Shown here: piece by piece, positions 22,501-32,685 of the stretch
How positions within the stretch are numbered: the first letter of the stretch is position 1
Layout: each line of letters opens with the position of its first letter
IMG/VR virus record: IMGVR_UViG_3300020392_000008
Span: 32,001 to 96,000 of that record
From: a virus
DNA: 64,000 nucleotides
Direction: 5' to 3' (one strand)
The notes under the pieces: model-generated
Told to the model about the DNA's origin: nothing
Seen by the model: only the letters and a program-made list of their open reading frames with translations
Database searches by the model: none
Translations under genes and position numbers: made by a program

Positions 22501-24383
22501 ATTATATCTGAACCTGCCGCCCCGTAATTATAGGTATCAATAATATAAGTCCCTGTTAAATACCAAGATAAGGCACCTGACCATATTTGATTTCCATTCA
22601 TGTTTATTCTACCTCCTGAGTTTAAACTTATGTCTTTACCGCTTGGAGAGGTAAGAGTAATGTTTCCATCACCTGTATTTAAATTTATTCCATTACTTGT
22701 TCCACTAGTTTCTATTTTAAATGACCTAGTAGTTGATATACTACTGTCACTATATTCTGTATTCCAAGTAGCGCTGTTATTAGTTAAATTAATAACATCA
22801 GTAGAAGTATTATTTATGCCTAGTACTCCGTCTAAGCCTAGAGACTGTCCGCCCGTAGGTGTGCTTATCCACTTTAATTCACCTGAAGCATTTGCCTCTA
22901 ATATTCTACCGCCTGAAGCGTGTGCAGTAGTAATAGCTATTGAGTTAGGTAGCTGTATAGTGTAGCTAGCTGGAGAACCTCCTGTATGTTCAGGGCCTTT
23001 TATACCTACATGATGAGCCGCGTTAGATGCTTCGCAGTATAATTTAAGTAATCCATGATTACTACCGTCTCCTCTTAAACCTAATTCATATATAATATCT
23101 ACTTTAGTGGCTTTATCTGTAGTAAAAAAGCTACCTGCTCCAAATGCTCCAGTATCATTGTATTGTATTTCAGTATCATTACCAAAAGGAGTTCCTCCCC
23201 CTGTTCCAGTGGGCGTGTTTATCCAAGAGAGCTGGCCTGTAGCATCGGATTCTAATATTTGATTAGCATTAGCGGGGCCAGTTGGTGGTAGTGTTATATT
23301 ATAACTTACAGCATTGGTTGTAAGAGGACCATTTAATTGCACGAATTTTTGAGAATTAGTACAAAATAACCTTAGAGCACCCGCTGGACCATTTGTTGCG
23401 TTTTCACCATATATTTCTAACATTCCAGGGTATCCGACACTTCCTCCACCACCTGCTCCTATTCTTACTTTTTCCCAGGCGGTTGCTGATCCAATAGTGC
23501 CTGATCCTGGAATATAAACAAATTCATCAGATCCAGCGAACGTATTATTATCATTATATTGTATTTGAGTAGGCCCGCCTCCAGGAGAAGGTATTCCGCC
23601 TGTTATATCAGATGCAGTTATATTAGCCCAATTAGCTTTACCGCTCCCTGTATCTTTTAAAAATTTTCCACCTAACGTAGTTTGTGTTCCATCAGATAAG
23701 CGAACTGAGTAGCTCGTTCCTCCACCGCTACCTGGAGAAGCGGAAAACACTCCTCCTATGTTTTCCACTGTACCGTTATTTGCAGCGGCTTGAACACCTA
23801 TATTAGTACTCGCGGCACCTTGAGATGAAAATAATCCTGCTTTTGCTAAAGTTCCGGTATGTGTATTTATGATTCTTAAACCGTTGACTAAATTATCTTC
23901 TATATTTAAAGAAGACTGTGGGTTTAAAGCACCTATTCCAATTACGCTGCCATTGTCTAATAATGTACCTGTTGCTAAATTATTGTTAAGATCTTCCCTA
24001 AGAGTGGTGTTTGATACCCCACCGGTGATTGGGTCTCCAATATTAATTCCAACCCCAATTGTTCCATTTGATGCTGATGTAATTCTACCCTGAGCGTCTA
24101 CTGTAATATTTGCATTCGTATAAGAACCTGCTTGAACAGCAGTGTTTGCTAGATCTATTGTACCTGACCCAGTTATGGTTCCTCCATTTAATCCAGTTCC
24201 AGCTGTTATTGAAGTAACTGTACCGGAACCTTGTGAAGTTTGCCATGATATGTTTCCAAGCCCATCTGTTACTAAAGATTGACCCGCAATTCCATCAGTA
24301 ATTGGCATAGTAAAGGCTCCATTACCAATTGTTAATTCATCTACTGATAAGTTTATGTATTTTCTAGTAGTCTTTGGTGGCAT
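19572..24383 (-). CDS. long mosaic tail fibre (1603 aa)
   Basis: Gly/Thr/Ser-rich; GSYTNANITVDAQGRITSASNG, ERMRINAEGNVGIGT and VKWPGGT...AIDTVVFYYDG fibre motifs; internal repeats. Confidence 0.85.
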   Translation of the reverse strand: MPPKTTRKYINLSVDELTIGNGAFTMPITDGIAGQSLVTDGLGNISWQTSQGSGTVTSITAGTGLNGGTITGSGTIDLANTAVQAGSYTNANITVDAQGRITSASNGTIGVGINIGDPITGGVSNTTLREDLNNNLATGTLLDNGSVIGIGALNPQSSLNIEDNLVNGLRIINTHTGTLAKAGLFSSQGAASTNIGVQAAANNGTVENIGGVFSASPGSGGGTSYSVRLSDGTQTTLGGKFLKDTGSGKANWANITASDITGGIPSPGGGPTQIQYNDNNTFAGSDEFVYIPGSGTIGSATAWEKVRIGAGGGGSVGYPGMLEIYGENATNGPAGALRLFCTNSQKFVQLNGPLTTNAVSYNITLPPTGPANANQILESDATGQLSWINTPTGTGGGTPFGNDTEIQYNDTGAFGAGSFFTTDKATKVDIIYELGLRGDGSNHGLLKLYCEASNAAHHVGIKGPEHTGGSPASYTIQLPNSIAITTAHASGGRILEANASGELKWISTPTGGQSLGLDGVLGINNTSTDVINLTNNSATWNTEYSDSSISTTRSFKIETSGTSNGINLNTGDGNITLTSPSGKDISLNSGGRINMNGNQIWSGALSWYLTGTYIIDTYNYGAAGSDIILQSKRKVDIRTGNAGTTTAGGDLSIQSKGGRIGIYTYNGLDDSNTGGIDSLGPEAGESININSNAGDIIMTVRALGSIEFGKDLIGSVTTNFNGATDSTNIDNLVVGVTPGVTVNNVDATGLRLTVVISGGIATSILVSSGYQSAGGNNAKTAQGSGFRAGDIITLAASTFGGTQDLEIELTNQDLERAKMVMGSSLVGIGTYNPATKLELYSAGNTYALDNTLRFRDNDTVITSFQEQFIGKIEFFSNENTATGGGGGGVKSYIGGIQASNADSSIIFATATGLTPSLEGANPQDLVGERMRINAEGNVGIGTNAPDRELHVKGSSSILKLETTEAIGKNYLEFYDGSGEKGYVGYGSTANDNLIIANKEAGNKIQMLTTDSSGNTDTGFVIDEDSIIEMSSLSGTGTRMVVASATGILSAQAIPTGGSLTIGDSITGGTANTTLREDVNNNLATGTIKDDGIRVAIGANVSSNKLFLISSDSEEIGVDIRKVAGGFSPENDYSVALDLHTDLSQGATNEGTYGIRNTVGYSGPTTVNNANVGIVNSITSDLTNNKSSAVGIMNSNNAVNSLQSKYLIKNSSGGAHNTGQTNVYGVSTTMSDTYVNSIMGSLISVGGNATINIGSKIYIDPGAQATSILGNEIEIESTNGATLTTSRGQSINIDTDATTNIGIDISVTGGTNNYALKLVDGTEEDGYVLTSDANGNASWENGAPYIGQTLSSSSSSADAKKVLFVGTMGELQGDTDFTWDNSNKYFGIGTDTPGYPLHVFSANNITTKLESNGGYSRFVIDSNTSSYAVLQFNEANGRRWQLYSDGGDDCLKITRDDITTSPSPSTTTLKIDTDDNVQIPNGNLEASNGQITAAQGSMTVANNATVFDCDTGNGQSLDLANATGPVAVTFDNAKQGGTYFLKIKQKSSSPVEIDTWTLTGGNVKWPGGTAISLSAGANAIDTVVFYYDGVDMYANFAQNYSVPS

Positions 24384-24430
24384 TTATTTAAGATTTATTT
24401 AGTTTATTTATCTAAATATATCTTTGTGGT

Positions 24431-25993
24431 TTATGACATAACTACAACTTTAATATTATTTTGAAATTTACTTTTAATTTCAATCTCATTAGGTCCTACT
24501 ATTCTGATTCTGCCTCCGCTAGCGATTTTTGTAGGATAGGGTGGGATATCCATATCCCATAACTCTACTAGTATGTCTTCTGTATTTAATTGATGAATAA
24601 TACTATCCCAAACTTGGCCTCCTGTTGAAAGATATTCTTCTACATATTTTTTACTATTTACCCATTCTTTTGTTACATATACATTATCATCTTGAGTATT
24701 TATAGCATCTGTAGAATCTCCTGCATTCCATACATTTTGTATATCTGTCCAAAACATATGATTTCCAAAAGTAGTATCGCCTTGATTTAAAGTATATGCA
24801 AGATTAGTTTTAACAAGTTCAAATTCACCAGTAGGGCTTTGATTATAAGTACCGTTATTTATTAAGCTACCATTTACTATAATTAATCTACCATTGTTAT
24901 CTACCGTAACCCCGGGTAATATTTCCATGTCTCCCCATACAATATACATTGCATGCTCAGGTATTTCTAAATCAGAAGTAATAGTATGCCATATACAGTG
25001 TTCATCTCCGGTTCCTCCTCCATATATTGGTATATTTAATACGCCGTTTAATAAGGTAGATGGGCCAGATGTTCCATTGGTAGTTAAACTCGTAACGCTC
25101 CCTCCGCTTCCTGTTCCACCGGCTGATAATATAACTATTCTTACACTAGACATATCTTGAGTCATAGTTACATCTATTGAGTTTAAATCATAATCATCTA
25201 TATGTCCATCTATTCTATCTCCGGTAACCGTGTCTATAAAATCTACAACCACACTGTCTGTCCCTAAACCATGTGTTATGGTTTTAGTAACATTAGATAC
25301 AAAGTTAGTTGTTTCAATGTAAGAAGCATTGTTTCCTCCGCCACCTCCGCCGCCACCGCAACATGTTAATCTAAATATTTCACCATTTTCATCAGTAAAA
25401 TAAAGATCTTGCGTAGTAGGCGTGTGAGTTGTGGCTAGGTTAGGGTTACCTATCCATACTATTCCACTACCTGGAGCCGGTGTTGGTGCTATTCCTGGAC
25501 TACCTGTAGTTTCAAGTAATGTAAGTCCATACATTACACCTCCATTTTCTGTTAAACTAACCCATCCTCTTCCATCTAAGTAGCCAATAAAGTCTTCTCC
25601 AAATTCAGGTCTTTGGTTTTGTATACCTGTGTATATTATTTCACCGGCTACTCCTACATCTGGCCAGTTTGGAAAATCAGTGTGTCTATATCTTTTTGCT
25701 TCAGCTACTTCAACTAAAAACGAGTTACCTTCAGCTCTTCCTTGTGAATCTATGTTAAATGTAGTTACGCCATTTAGTTTAACACTTAAATTATTATCTA
25801 CATTAATTTCTTTTACGTTAATGCTATCAAGCCCCTTAATGGCATTTGTAGTCTCATCATATTCAACATTATTTAAAAATTCAAGTAATGCAATAGATAA
25901 ATCATTAAAATTAAGGTTTGAAACCTCAATAATTGACCCTAGACTTGAATTAGTTAATCTTCTTATATTTGAAAGTTTGGAATATATAGCCAT
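24431..25993 (-). CDS. virion structural/fibre-associated protein
   Basis: Poly-Gly hinges; repeated ITHGLGT / IIHQLNT modules; upstream of the long fibre. Confidence 0.65.
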   Translation of the reverse strand: MAIYSKLSNIRRLTNSSLGSIIEVSNLNFNDLSIALLEFLNNVEYDETTNAIKGLDSINVKEINVDNNLSVKLNGVTTFNIDSQGRAEGNSFLVEVAEAKRYRHTDFPNWPDVGVAGEIIYTGIQNQRPEFGEDFIGYLDGRGWVSLTENGGVMYGLTLLETTGSPGIAPTPAPGSGIVWIGNPNLATTHTPTTQDLYFTDENGEIFRLTCCGGGGGGGGNNASYIETTNFVSNVTKTITHGLGTDSVVVDFIDTVTGDRIDGHIDDYDLNSIDVTMTQDMSSVRIVILSAGGTGSGGSVTSLTTNGTSGPSTLLNGVLNIPIYGGGTGDEHCIWHTITSDLEIPEHAMYIVWGDMEILPGVTVDNNGRLIIVNGSLINNGTYNQSPTGEFELVKTNLAYTLNQGDTTFGNHMFWTDIQNVWNAGDSTDAINTQDDNVYVTKEWVNSKKYVEEYLSTGGQVWDSIIHQLNTEDILVELWDMDIPPYPTKIASGGRIRIVGPNEIEIKSKFQNNIKVVVMS

Positions 25994-26036
25994 TTATCAG
26001 TCCTACTATTTTTTTTATTTATTCTAGAAAACATGA

Positions 26037-27365
26037 CTAATTATTACGTGATTTATTTATTAATTCAGTTTTACTATCTATCTTTGATTCTTGTGAAAAA
26101 TTGCCATTAAAAACTATGCAATTATATAAATCAGCATTTATGACTTTATCTAAGTCACTATAAATAGAAGAAGACTTTATTTCATTTAAATATCCTCCAT
26201 ACACACAATCGAATATTTTAGAATACTTAATATCGTTATTTGAATGTAAATTACTGTCTTTTATGTTAGAATTTCTAATTATGCATTGCTCAAAAAGACA
26301 ATCCTCTAAATCTGCTTCAATATTACAATTGAAAAAATCCATATTTGTTAAAGAAAAACCTTTTTTAATTTTTGCATCTTTAACCTGTATTCTTTTTCTA
26401 GCTGTATCAAAATTAATGATTGCTTTATTCATTTCACAACAAGATATTAGTTCAAATAATTTATTTCTTATAGTTTTATAATTAGATTCTATTAAGAAAG
26501 AATGTTTTTTTAAATCGACTAATATTTGAATATCTGGATATGAGTGTTTAAAAATATCATAAGACTTAGTATTGTCTATTGTAGATTGATATTTTTCTAA
26601 TATTTTTTGTATTTTTCTTTTTTCGTCTAAATCAAATGAAAAGTTATTTTTTAAAGTTTCATATAAATGTTTACATGTGTAATTTATTAACTCAACCGAT
26701 TCCTTTTTCTTTTTTTGATAATTTTTACCGCCTGCGTATTTTATGGAAATATATCCATTTTCAATATTTGAAAAGTCAGTACCAAAATTAGATGATCTTG
26801 GAAAATTATACTCCATGGGATTTGCTCTTTCAAGTAGATTTCCTGTGAGCCTACTGGAATAAAGTTTTTTTGGATATATAAACATGGCTTTACTTTGATG
26901 TATCTTTTGTTTTTCAGAAGAGGATTCTGGCCACATTTCAAATATGTTTTTTTCATTAATATTTAAAATATATTTAAACTTATTTAAGGTTTCTAATTTA
27001 TTCTTTAAACCTAAATCCATTTCATTAAGGGATATTTTAATATTTAGATTAGATCTACTATTTGTAAAACCATTTTCATTTATAAAGTTCATACATTTAA
27101 GCATTGTATGAATAGCTTCATGATATGGCATTAGGTCTATATCTATTCTATTCATTCTATGTCCTCCTTCAAAGTCAGGAGATACGTATATTGCTTCATC
27201 AACAAACTTAACATTGGAGGATTTCTCTAGAGGTATTACATTTTTGCCTAAATATTTACTTAGTTTTAGAGAAATCTTTTCTTTAGATAAAGGGGTAAAA
27301 AATTGAAATGTAAATCCGACATTAGTATTATCAAAAAGAAATTTATTTTCTATATTATTATACAC
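26037..27365 (-). CDS. amidoligase-like (COOH-NH2 ligase fold) protein with degenerate active site and C-terminal beta-helix-like repeats
   Basis: VGFTFQFF, PDFEGG..M, GFTNSRSNLNIKIS, YISIKYAGG align with amidoligase motifs GxExE, D.S..E, HxH, iEfR but the catalytic residues differ. Confidence 0.5.
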   Translation of the reverse strand: MYNNIENKFLFDNTNVGFTFQFFTPLSKEKISLKLSKYLGKNVIPLEKSSNVKFVDEAIYVSPDFEGGHRMNRIDIDLMPYHEAIHTMLKCMNFINENGFTNSRSNLNIKISLNEMDLGLKNKLETLNKFKYILNINEKNIFEMWPESSSEKQKIHQSKAMFIYPKKLYSSRLTGNLLERANPMEYNFPRSSNFGTDFSNIENGYISIKYAGGKNYQKKKKESVELINYTCKHLYETLKNNFSFDLDEKRKIQKILEKYQSTIDNTKSYDIFKHSYPDIQILVDLKKHSFLIESNYKTIRNKLFELISCCEMNKAIINFDTARKRIQVKDAKIKKGFSLTNMDFFNCNIEADLEDCLFEQCIIRNSNIKDSNLHSNNDIKYSKIFDCVYGGYLNEIKSSSIYSDLDKVINADLYNCIVFNGNFSQESKIDSKTELINKSRNN

Positions 27366-27410
27366 GAGTAATGTTTTTTATTATTTATCCCATTATCGTG
27401 AATTTTTTTA

Positions 27411-27635
27411 CTAATTAACTATTTGTATAGATACTTCATCTTTATGAACCCATACTTCTTTCCCTGCCATAAACGCAGTTTCATCTAGTTGATCATACAA
27501 ATATGTTTTTGTAGGATATTTAGCTAGCTGATATACGCCCATTTCATATCTCCAAGCAAATTCAAATTCTTTTTTTACTATTAAGTCTGGTAAGGTGTCT
27601 AATTTATTGTTGTAATCTTTTATTATAACTTTCAT
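27411..27635 (-). CDS. small hypothetical protein
   Basis: 74-aa ORF filling the intergenic gap. Confidence 0.5.
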   Translation of the reverse strand: MKVIIKDYNNKLDTLPDLIVKKEFEFAWRYEMGVYQLAKYPTKTYLYDQLDETAFMAGKEVWVHKDEVSIQIVN

Positions 27636-27700
27636 ACTTTAAAACTTTTATATATTATACTAAATAAAAAATAAAGATAAATAAAAAAAAATACACCTAA

Positions 27701-29362
27701 ATGGCTAAAACGGTTTCTAATTGGAAAATATTTAAATCTTTAGACTATTCTGTACAGATATTATTAAAACAAACCATAGATTATTTGTCAGGTAAGTTTA
27801 ACCAAAGTTTACAGGTTTTCACAGCAGCCAGTCCTTTTGGTCAAATTTTACTTGTTTTAGAAAATCTTAGTCAAATGATTTTTTACTACATCGAGGATTC
27901 TATAACTGAATTAAGTATGAAAGAGGCGACTAGAGTGTCTTCAATATATTCATTATCTACTTTAGCTGGTCATAGTCCTAGTAGAGCAATATCTGCAAAT
28001 GGAGAAATATCCCTTGTTACTACGTCTAATGCAGCAACGGCTGATTTTGATACTATTATAATACCTAATTTAAGTAAAATTAAATCTAGAAACAATGGGT
28101 TAAACTATATAATAAAATTACCTCAAGACGACATTAAATTTTCTATGAAAGGAAACAACAATGGACTTTCAATGAAAATATTACAGGGAAACATTGAAAC
28201 TCAAACATTAGTGGCGATTGGGCAAGAAATGGAAAGTTTTTCACTAAACTCAGCTCAAAATTATTTAGTTGATAATTATTTAGTAGACGTTTATGTAAAT
28301 GGAGAAAAATGGAAAAGGTATGATTCAATATTAGACATGCCCAGGGGAAAAAAAGGATACATAGTAAAAACAGGAATAACAACCGGCGTTGACATATTTT
28401 TTGGAAATGATTTTTTTGGAAAAGTACCTGCTAAAGGTTCAGAAATAAAAGTAGAATATTTAGTAAATAGTGGAGCATCTGGAAATATAATAACCGATCA
28501 AACTTCACAAGTATTATTTGATTGGTCAGATACAGGTTTTACGTTAACTGGAAACGAAGTAGATTTAAACGAATTCATCAAAATCAATACTGTCCATTCC
28601 CCTCAATTTGGAGCAAATCCAGAAGATTCAGAATTAACTAGATTATTGGCGCCAAAGCAGTCAAAAAGTTTTGCTTTAGTAAATATAGATCATTATGTAT
28701 CTATATTAAGAAGGTTAAAATTGTTTTCTGTAATAGATATTTTTCTTGACGAAAACGACAGTAGAATGCTAAATTTATTTTTAATACCTGACGTAACGAA
28801 GTTATTTAATTCTGGAAAAGATTATTTTAATATAGATTCAAATAGTTTTAAATTTAGCGAATTTAGAAAAAATGAATTACTTAGATATTTGAATATGACA
28901 GGGTCTAAATTAATATCTACAGATACCAAAATAGTAGACCCTATTATTAAAAAATATGTAATTAATATAAATACTATAGTATTCGATGACGTAGCAACTG
29001 AAATAATAAAAAAAGACATATATAATAATTTAGGTAATTATTTTATATCTAATAAAAGAAGAAAGAGAATACCTAAAAGTGACTTAATAAAAATTTTAGA
29101 AGAAATAGCTGGAATAGATTCAGTAAGTATTAATATAGTATCTGAAGATAATGAAGTGTCAATAATTCAAGACCCAAACGCAGACCTTATTGGAATTGAT
29201 GAATTTAATGACATTATCATAAAGGAATATGAGCTACCTATTATACAGGGAGGTTTTAAAGATAGATATGGAAATGAATATTCGCAAGGTATTTCCGAAC
29301 AGGCATTAGGTTCTGTAAATATACAAATAAAAAAAATAGTGCCTAGGCCACTTGAAAACTAA
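27701..29362 (+). CDS. baseplate wedge subunit, T4 gp6-like
   Basis: ASPFGQIL...EATRVSSIYSLSTLAGHSPSR, IFFGNDFFGKVP..GSEIKVEYL..SGASGN, GANPE motifs. Confidence 0.85.
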   Translation: MAKTVSNWKIFKSLDYSVQILLKQTIDYLSGKFNQSLQVFTAASPFGQILLVLENLSQMIFYYIEDSITELSMKEATRVSSIYSLSTLAGHSPSRAISANGEISLVTTSNAATADFDTIIIPNLSKIKSRNNGLNYIIKLPQDDIKFSMKGNNNGLSMKILQGNIETQTLVAIGQEMESFSLNSAQNYLVDNYLVDVYVNGEKWKRYDSILDMPRGKKGYIVKTGITTGVDIFFGNDFFGKVPAKGSEIKVEYLVNSGASGNIITDQTSQVLFDWSDTGFTLTGNEVDLNEFIKINTVHSPQFGANPEDSELTRLLAPKQSKSFALVNIDHYVSILRRLKLFSVIDIFLDENDSRMLNLFLIPDVTKLFNSGKDYFNIDSNSFKFSEFRKNELLRYLNMTGSKLISTDTKIVDPIIKKYVININTIVFDDVATEIIKKDIYNNLGNYFISNKRRKRIPKSDLIKILEEIAGIDSVSINIVSEDNEVSIIQDPNADLIGIDEFNDIIIKEYELPIIQGGFKDRYGNEYSQGISEQALGSVNIQIKKIVPRPLEN

Positions 29363-29607
29363 TGACAAAAGATAGTATATACAGAGCAGCATATAATAGA
29401 AGAAAAAAATTGCTTAATACCGGGTACCAGTATAAAGAAAATATCCTTAAAAATACTTTATCTAAGCAAATGTATGGAGTAAATGAAACATTAGATACTT
29501 TTTTAAAAAATATAAATGATGTAGTTTATGAAAACATTGAAGCTGTAAAAAACATAAAAATTTTTGCAAATCCAGCATTAGATAAGTACGAAAGGGATAT
29601 AAAATAA
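29362..29607 (+). CDS. small hypothetical protein coupled to the baseplate wedge gene
   Basis: TAATG overlap with the gp6-like gene. Confidence 0.6.
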   Translation: MTKDSIYRAAYNRRKKLLNTGYQYKENILKNTLSKQMYGVNETLDTFLKNINDVVYENIEAVKNIKIFANPALDKYERDIK

Positions 29608-29624
29608 AGTATTAAAATTTAAAT

Positions 29625-30335
29625 ATGCTTAAGGATAAAGACAATAGAAAGGCTTTAAAAAATGAAATCGAAAGCCTATTAAGTGGAATAAATCATGAAG
29701 AACATAGTGACCTAAACGTAGATTCAGAATTATTAGAAGAAACTAAAATAGAAAGCCCTTATGATTTTGATGAAATGACTAGAGAATTTAATCAAAAGGC
29801 AAAGGAAATAACAGATTCCTTATTTGAATATTATGTAGAGCTAGGTATCTTAGAGGAAAACAATTATATAAAGTTAAAAAAAGAAATGGACACCGTTAAT
29901 ATGTCTAATATTTTTTTTCAAATAAAAACACTAAAGATAACTATAACTAAAATAATGGAAGAAATTACAACCGGTAATACTGCTCCTCGTTTAATGGAAG
30001 TATTTGGTCAGCTTCAAGATAAGTTAAAAACCCTAGTTCAAACACAGGCTAATCACATGTTATTTTTAGAAGAAACCTATAAGAAAATAAACAATGATGA
30101 TCCTAAAAATTCGAATAACTCTTTAAACAATTCAAATCCAGAGGGAGAATTTTTTATATCAGTTGGAACAAAAACAATGGTAGAAAGTCTACCTGAAAAC
30201 TCGCCAGAGTATGAAATGAAAGATGATTTAATCAACCCATCTAATAAATCAGATTTAATGAAAGAAAATAACATAAAAATAAAAGGAGAAGAAAATGATG
30301 ATTCTGATTTTATAGATGTTACTGAAATAATTTAA
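29625..30335 (+). CDS. terminase small subunit (T4 gp16-like)
   Basis: PRLMEVFGQLQ resembles the gp16 PR.YEV.GQL motif; immediately upstream of terL. Confidence 0.65.
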   Translation: MLKDKDNRKALKNEIESLLSGINHEEHSDLNVDSELLEETKIESPYDFDEMTREFNQKAKEITDSLFEYYVELGILEENNYIKLKKEMDTVNMSNIFFQIKTLKITITKIMEEITTGNTAPRLMEVFGQLQDKLKTLVQTQANHMLFLEETYKKINNDDPKNSNNSLNNSNPEGEFFISVGTKTMVESLPENSPEYEMKDDLINPSNKSDLMKENNIKIKGEENDDSDFIDVTEII

Positions 30336-30340
30336 AGCTT

Positions 30341-32305
30341 ATGCAAAACCCATTGTCAAAAGGAGGAGGATTTACATCTTTAAAATTATCTAGTCTTAAT
30401 TCTGAAAGTGGAAATAATCACGTATGGAATTCTGAAAAAGTTAATTCCATTATTCATAAAGTTTCTCAAGAAGGATTAGATATTAGAGGAATGCAAAATA
30501 CTCCATTCAAAGAAAACGATATCCTATTAAAAAGAGCAAACTTACCCTTTGAATATACTAAAGAGGAATGGAATCACATGCAAGAATGTAAAAAAAATCC
30601 CATGTATTTTGCTCAAAAATTTGCTTTTATAAGAACACCAAAAGGAGATATGTCTGTTGAAGAAGCAGGGGGTTTACGAGATTTTCAAGAACAACTTGTT
30701 AAGAACATGCATAACAATAAGTTTAATATACTTATGGCCAGTAGACAAATTGGTAAAACCGTTACAACAGCAATATACATAGTGTGGTTTTTACTATTTA
30801 ATAAAGAGAAAAACGTACTAATGGTAGCTGATAATATGACAACCACTAAAGAAATAATGGAAAAACTAAGAATAGTTTTAGATAATCTTCCTTTCTTTAT
30901 GAAACCTGGAATTGTTAAAATAAATGAGTCATCTATTAGGTTAGACAATGACTGTAGATTAGTACTTAGAACAACTACAAAAAAGTCAGGTATTGGTATG
31001 ACTGTGAACTTTCTTTATATAGATGAATTTGCACATATATCAGAGTCTAACTTGGATAAGTTCTATAGAGCTATTTTACCCACAATTACAGAGGATCCAT
31101 TTGCTAAAGTAGTTATAACATCTACCCCTAATGGTAGAAATAAATTTTGGGATATTTGGTCAGACGCCGTAGATGGAGAAAATGACTATAGCCCAATGAG
31201 AGTAGACTGGTGGCAAGTACCTGGAAGAGACGAAGAGTGGAAGAAAAAAACAATAGCTAACATGGGATCTGAAACAGATTTTAACCAGGAATATGGTTTG
31301 CAATTTTTTTCATCTGATCAACTTTTATTATCTTCTAATGATCTTCAAAAGTTAGAGACCTTTCAATCAACGTATTTAAATACAACTTTAGACTTAGACG
31401 AGGACGATTTTTACATAAATGAATATTTAACCTTTCATAAAAAATATAAAGACTTTAAATTAGAAGATTTTAAAAATGACCCTTCCTATTTTGTTTTTTC
31501 AATAGACACAGCAGATGGAGTAGATCAAGATTATTCAGTGCTAAATATATTTAAAGCAGTGGCTTTACCAATTAAAGATCTTTTAAAAAATAAAAATAAT
31601 ATTAAAAGCGAATTAGATTGTATTTCCATGGTTCAAATAGGTAAATTTAAGTCTAACTCTTTGAATATCAACGACTTTGCAATAGCATGTGAAAAAATTA
31701 TATATGAAATATTTAACCCAGAAAAAATAAGAATAATTTTAGAGTTAAATCATAAGGGAGAAATATTACATAACAGGTTTGCTCTAAATGAACAATACTG
31801 GTGGGGACAAATGGTTCACACTAAGCACACTGAATTATCTAAAAATATAAAAGCAGGTGTTAGATTAGGGCCTACTAATAAATTAAAATATTGTGAAAAG
31901 TTTAGGTATTATGTTTCCATTAATAAGGTGTTAGTTACATGTTATGAAACTTTTTTAGAGTTATCTTCGTTTGGAAGATCTAGAGGAGGTTCCTATAGAT
32001 GCCAAAGTGGAAATGATGACTTAGCAATGACATGTGTAAATATCGCTCCATTGTTTCAATCTCCTCAATTTTGGGAAATAGGAGGAGAGGTATATGAAAA
32101 TACTTCAAATGAATATAAAAAAGAGCTATATGAAAAACTTATTGACGTAAGAGTTGACAAAACAGCGTTTGATTTTAATAGATTAAATGATTTAAATAAT
32201 CAATTAAATCCTAGAGAATTTAAAACATCTGGAAAGAAAAGTGTATTCGATATCAACCACTTAAAAAAAATTCAAAAAATTAATAAAGATTTTTATAAAT
32301 CTTAG
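30341..32305 (+). CDS. terL: terminase large subunit (T4 gp17-like)
   Basis: Walker A ASRQIGKT, Walker B YIDEFAHI, ITSTPNG, FNQEY, nuclease IDTADG..QDYS and NDDLAM. Confidence 0.96.
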   Translation: MQNPLSKGGGFTSLKLSSLNSESGNNHVWNSEKVNSIIHKVSQEGLDIRGMQNTPFKENDILLKRANLPFEYTKEEWNHMQECKKNPMYFAQKFAFIRTPKGDMSVEEAGGLRDFQEQLVKNMHNNKFNILMASRQIGKTVTTAIYIVWFLLFNKEKNVLMVADNMTTTKEIMEKLRIVLDNLPFFMKPGIVKINESSIRLDNDCRLVLRTTTKKSGIGMTVNFLYIDEFAHISESNLDKFYRAILPTITEDPFAKVVITSTPNGRNKFWDIWSDAVDGENDYSPMRVDWWQVPGRDEEWKKKTIANMGSETDFNQEYGLQFFSSDQLLLSSNDLQKLETFQSTYLNTTLDLDEDDFYINEYLTFHKKYKDFKLEDFKNDPSYFVFSIDTADGVDQDYSVLNIFKAVALPIKDLLKNKNNIKSELDCISMVQIGKFKSNSLNINDFAIACEKIIYEIFNPEKIRIILELNHKGEILHNRFALNEQYWWGQMVHTKHTELSKNIKAGVRLGPTNKLKYCEKFRYYVSINKVLVTCYETFLELSSFGRSRGGSYRCQSGNDDLAMTCVNIAPLFQSPQFWEIGGEVYENTSNEYKKELYEKLIDVRVDKTAFDFNRLNDLNNQLNPREFKTSGKKSVFDINHLKKIQKINKDFYKS

Positions 32306-32357
32306 TTTACTTTTAGTATATTAATTTGTATATTTAGCCAAGTTGTAAAACAAAAAT

Positions 32358-32660
32358 ATGAAGCAAATAATTTTATCTGAAAAAAACGAAACCTTAGGAA
32401 ATTTCTTAGTACAAAATAAAGATGTTGTTTATTCGGCCCTTCTAGATTCAATAGAAAAACATTACTTAGATTTAAATAAAAATAACGTAGACGTTTTAAA
32501 AATACGGGCTAGGGATAAAACAACACATATAACGTTGCTCAGAAAAGATTGGGCAAGAGGTCTTAAAAAGGCTATTAAATATTTTGAAAAACCAAACATT
32601 GAACAATATGAAAAATGTAAACGCTGTCTAGATATAATAAATTTTCTTGAAAAAAAATAA
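32358..32660 (+). CDS. hypothetical protein
   Basis: 100-aa ORF; EQYEKC C-terminal motif (UVR-like helix). Confidence 0.6.
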   Translation: MKQIILSEKNETLGNFLVQNKDVVYSALLDSIEKHYLDLNKNNVDVLKIRARDKTTHITLLRKDWARGLKKAIKYFEKPNIEQYEKCKRCLDIINFLEKK

Positions 32661-32685
32661 ACAAAACCTTATACTAGAATATAAT
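32659..32685 (+). promoter_or_regulatory. AAAC-N17-TATAAT promoter upstream of the sigma factor
   Basis: AAAC 32659-32662, TATAAT 32680-32685; same architecture at five other intergenic sites. Confidence 0.6.

Noticed and set aside
18949-24383. Diversity-generating retroelement acting on the fibres
   Set aside because: No reverse transcriptase in the window; the fibre repeats are both in-frame coding, and their differences are not restricted to adenines
30341-32305. Intein or intron in terL
   Set aside because: Length is near normal, motifs are contiguous and there are no splicing or homing-endonuclease motifs
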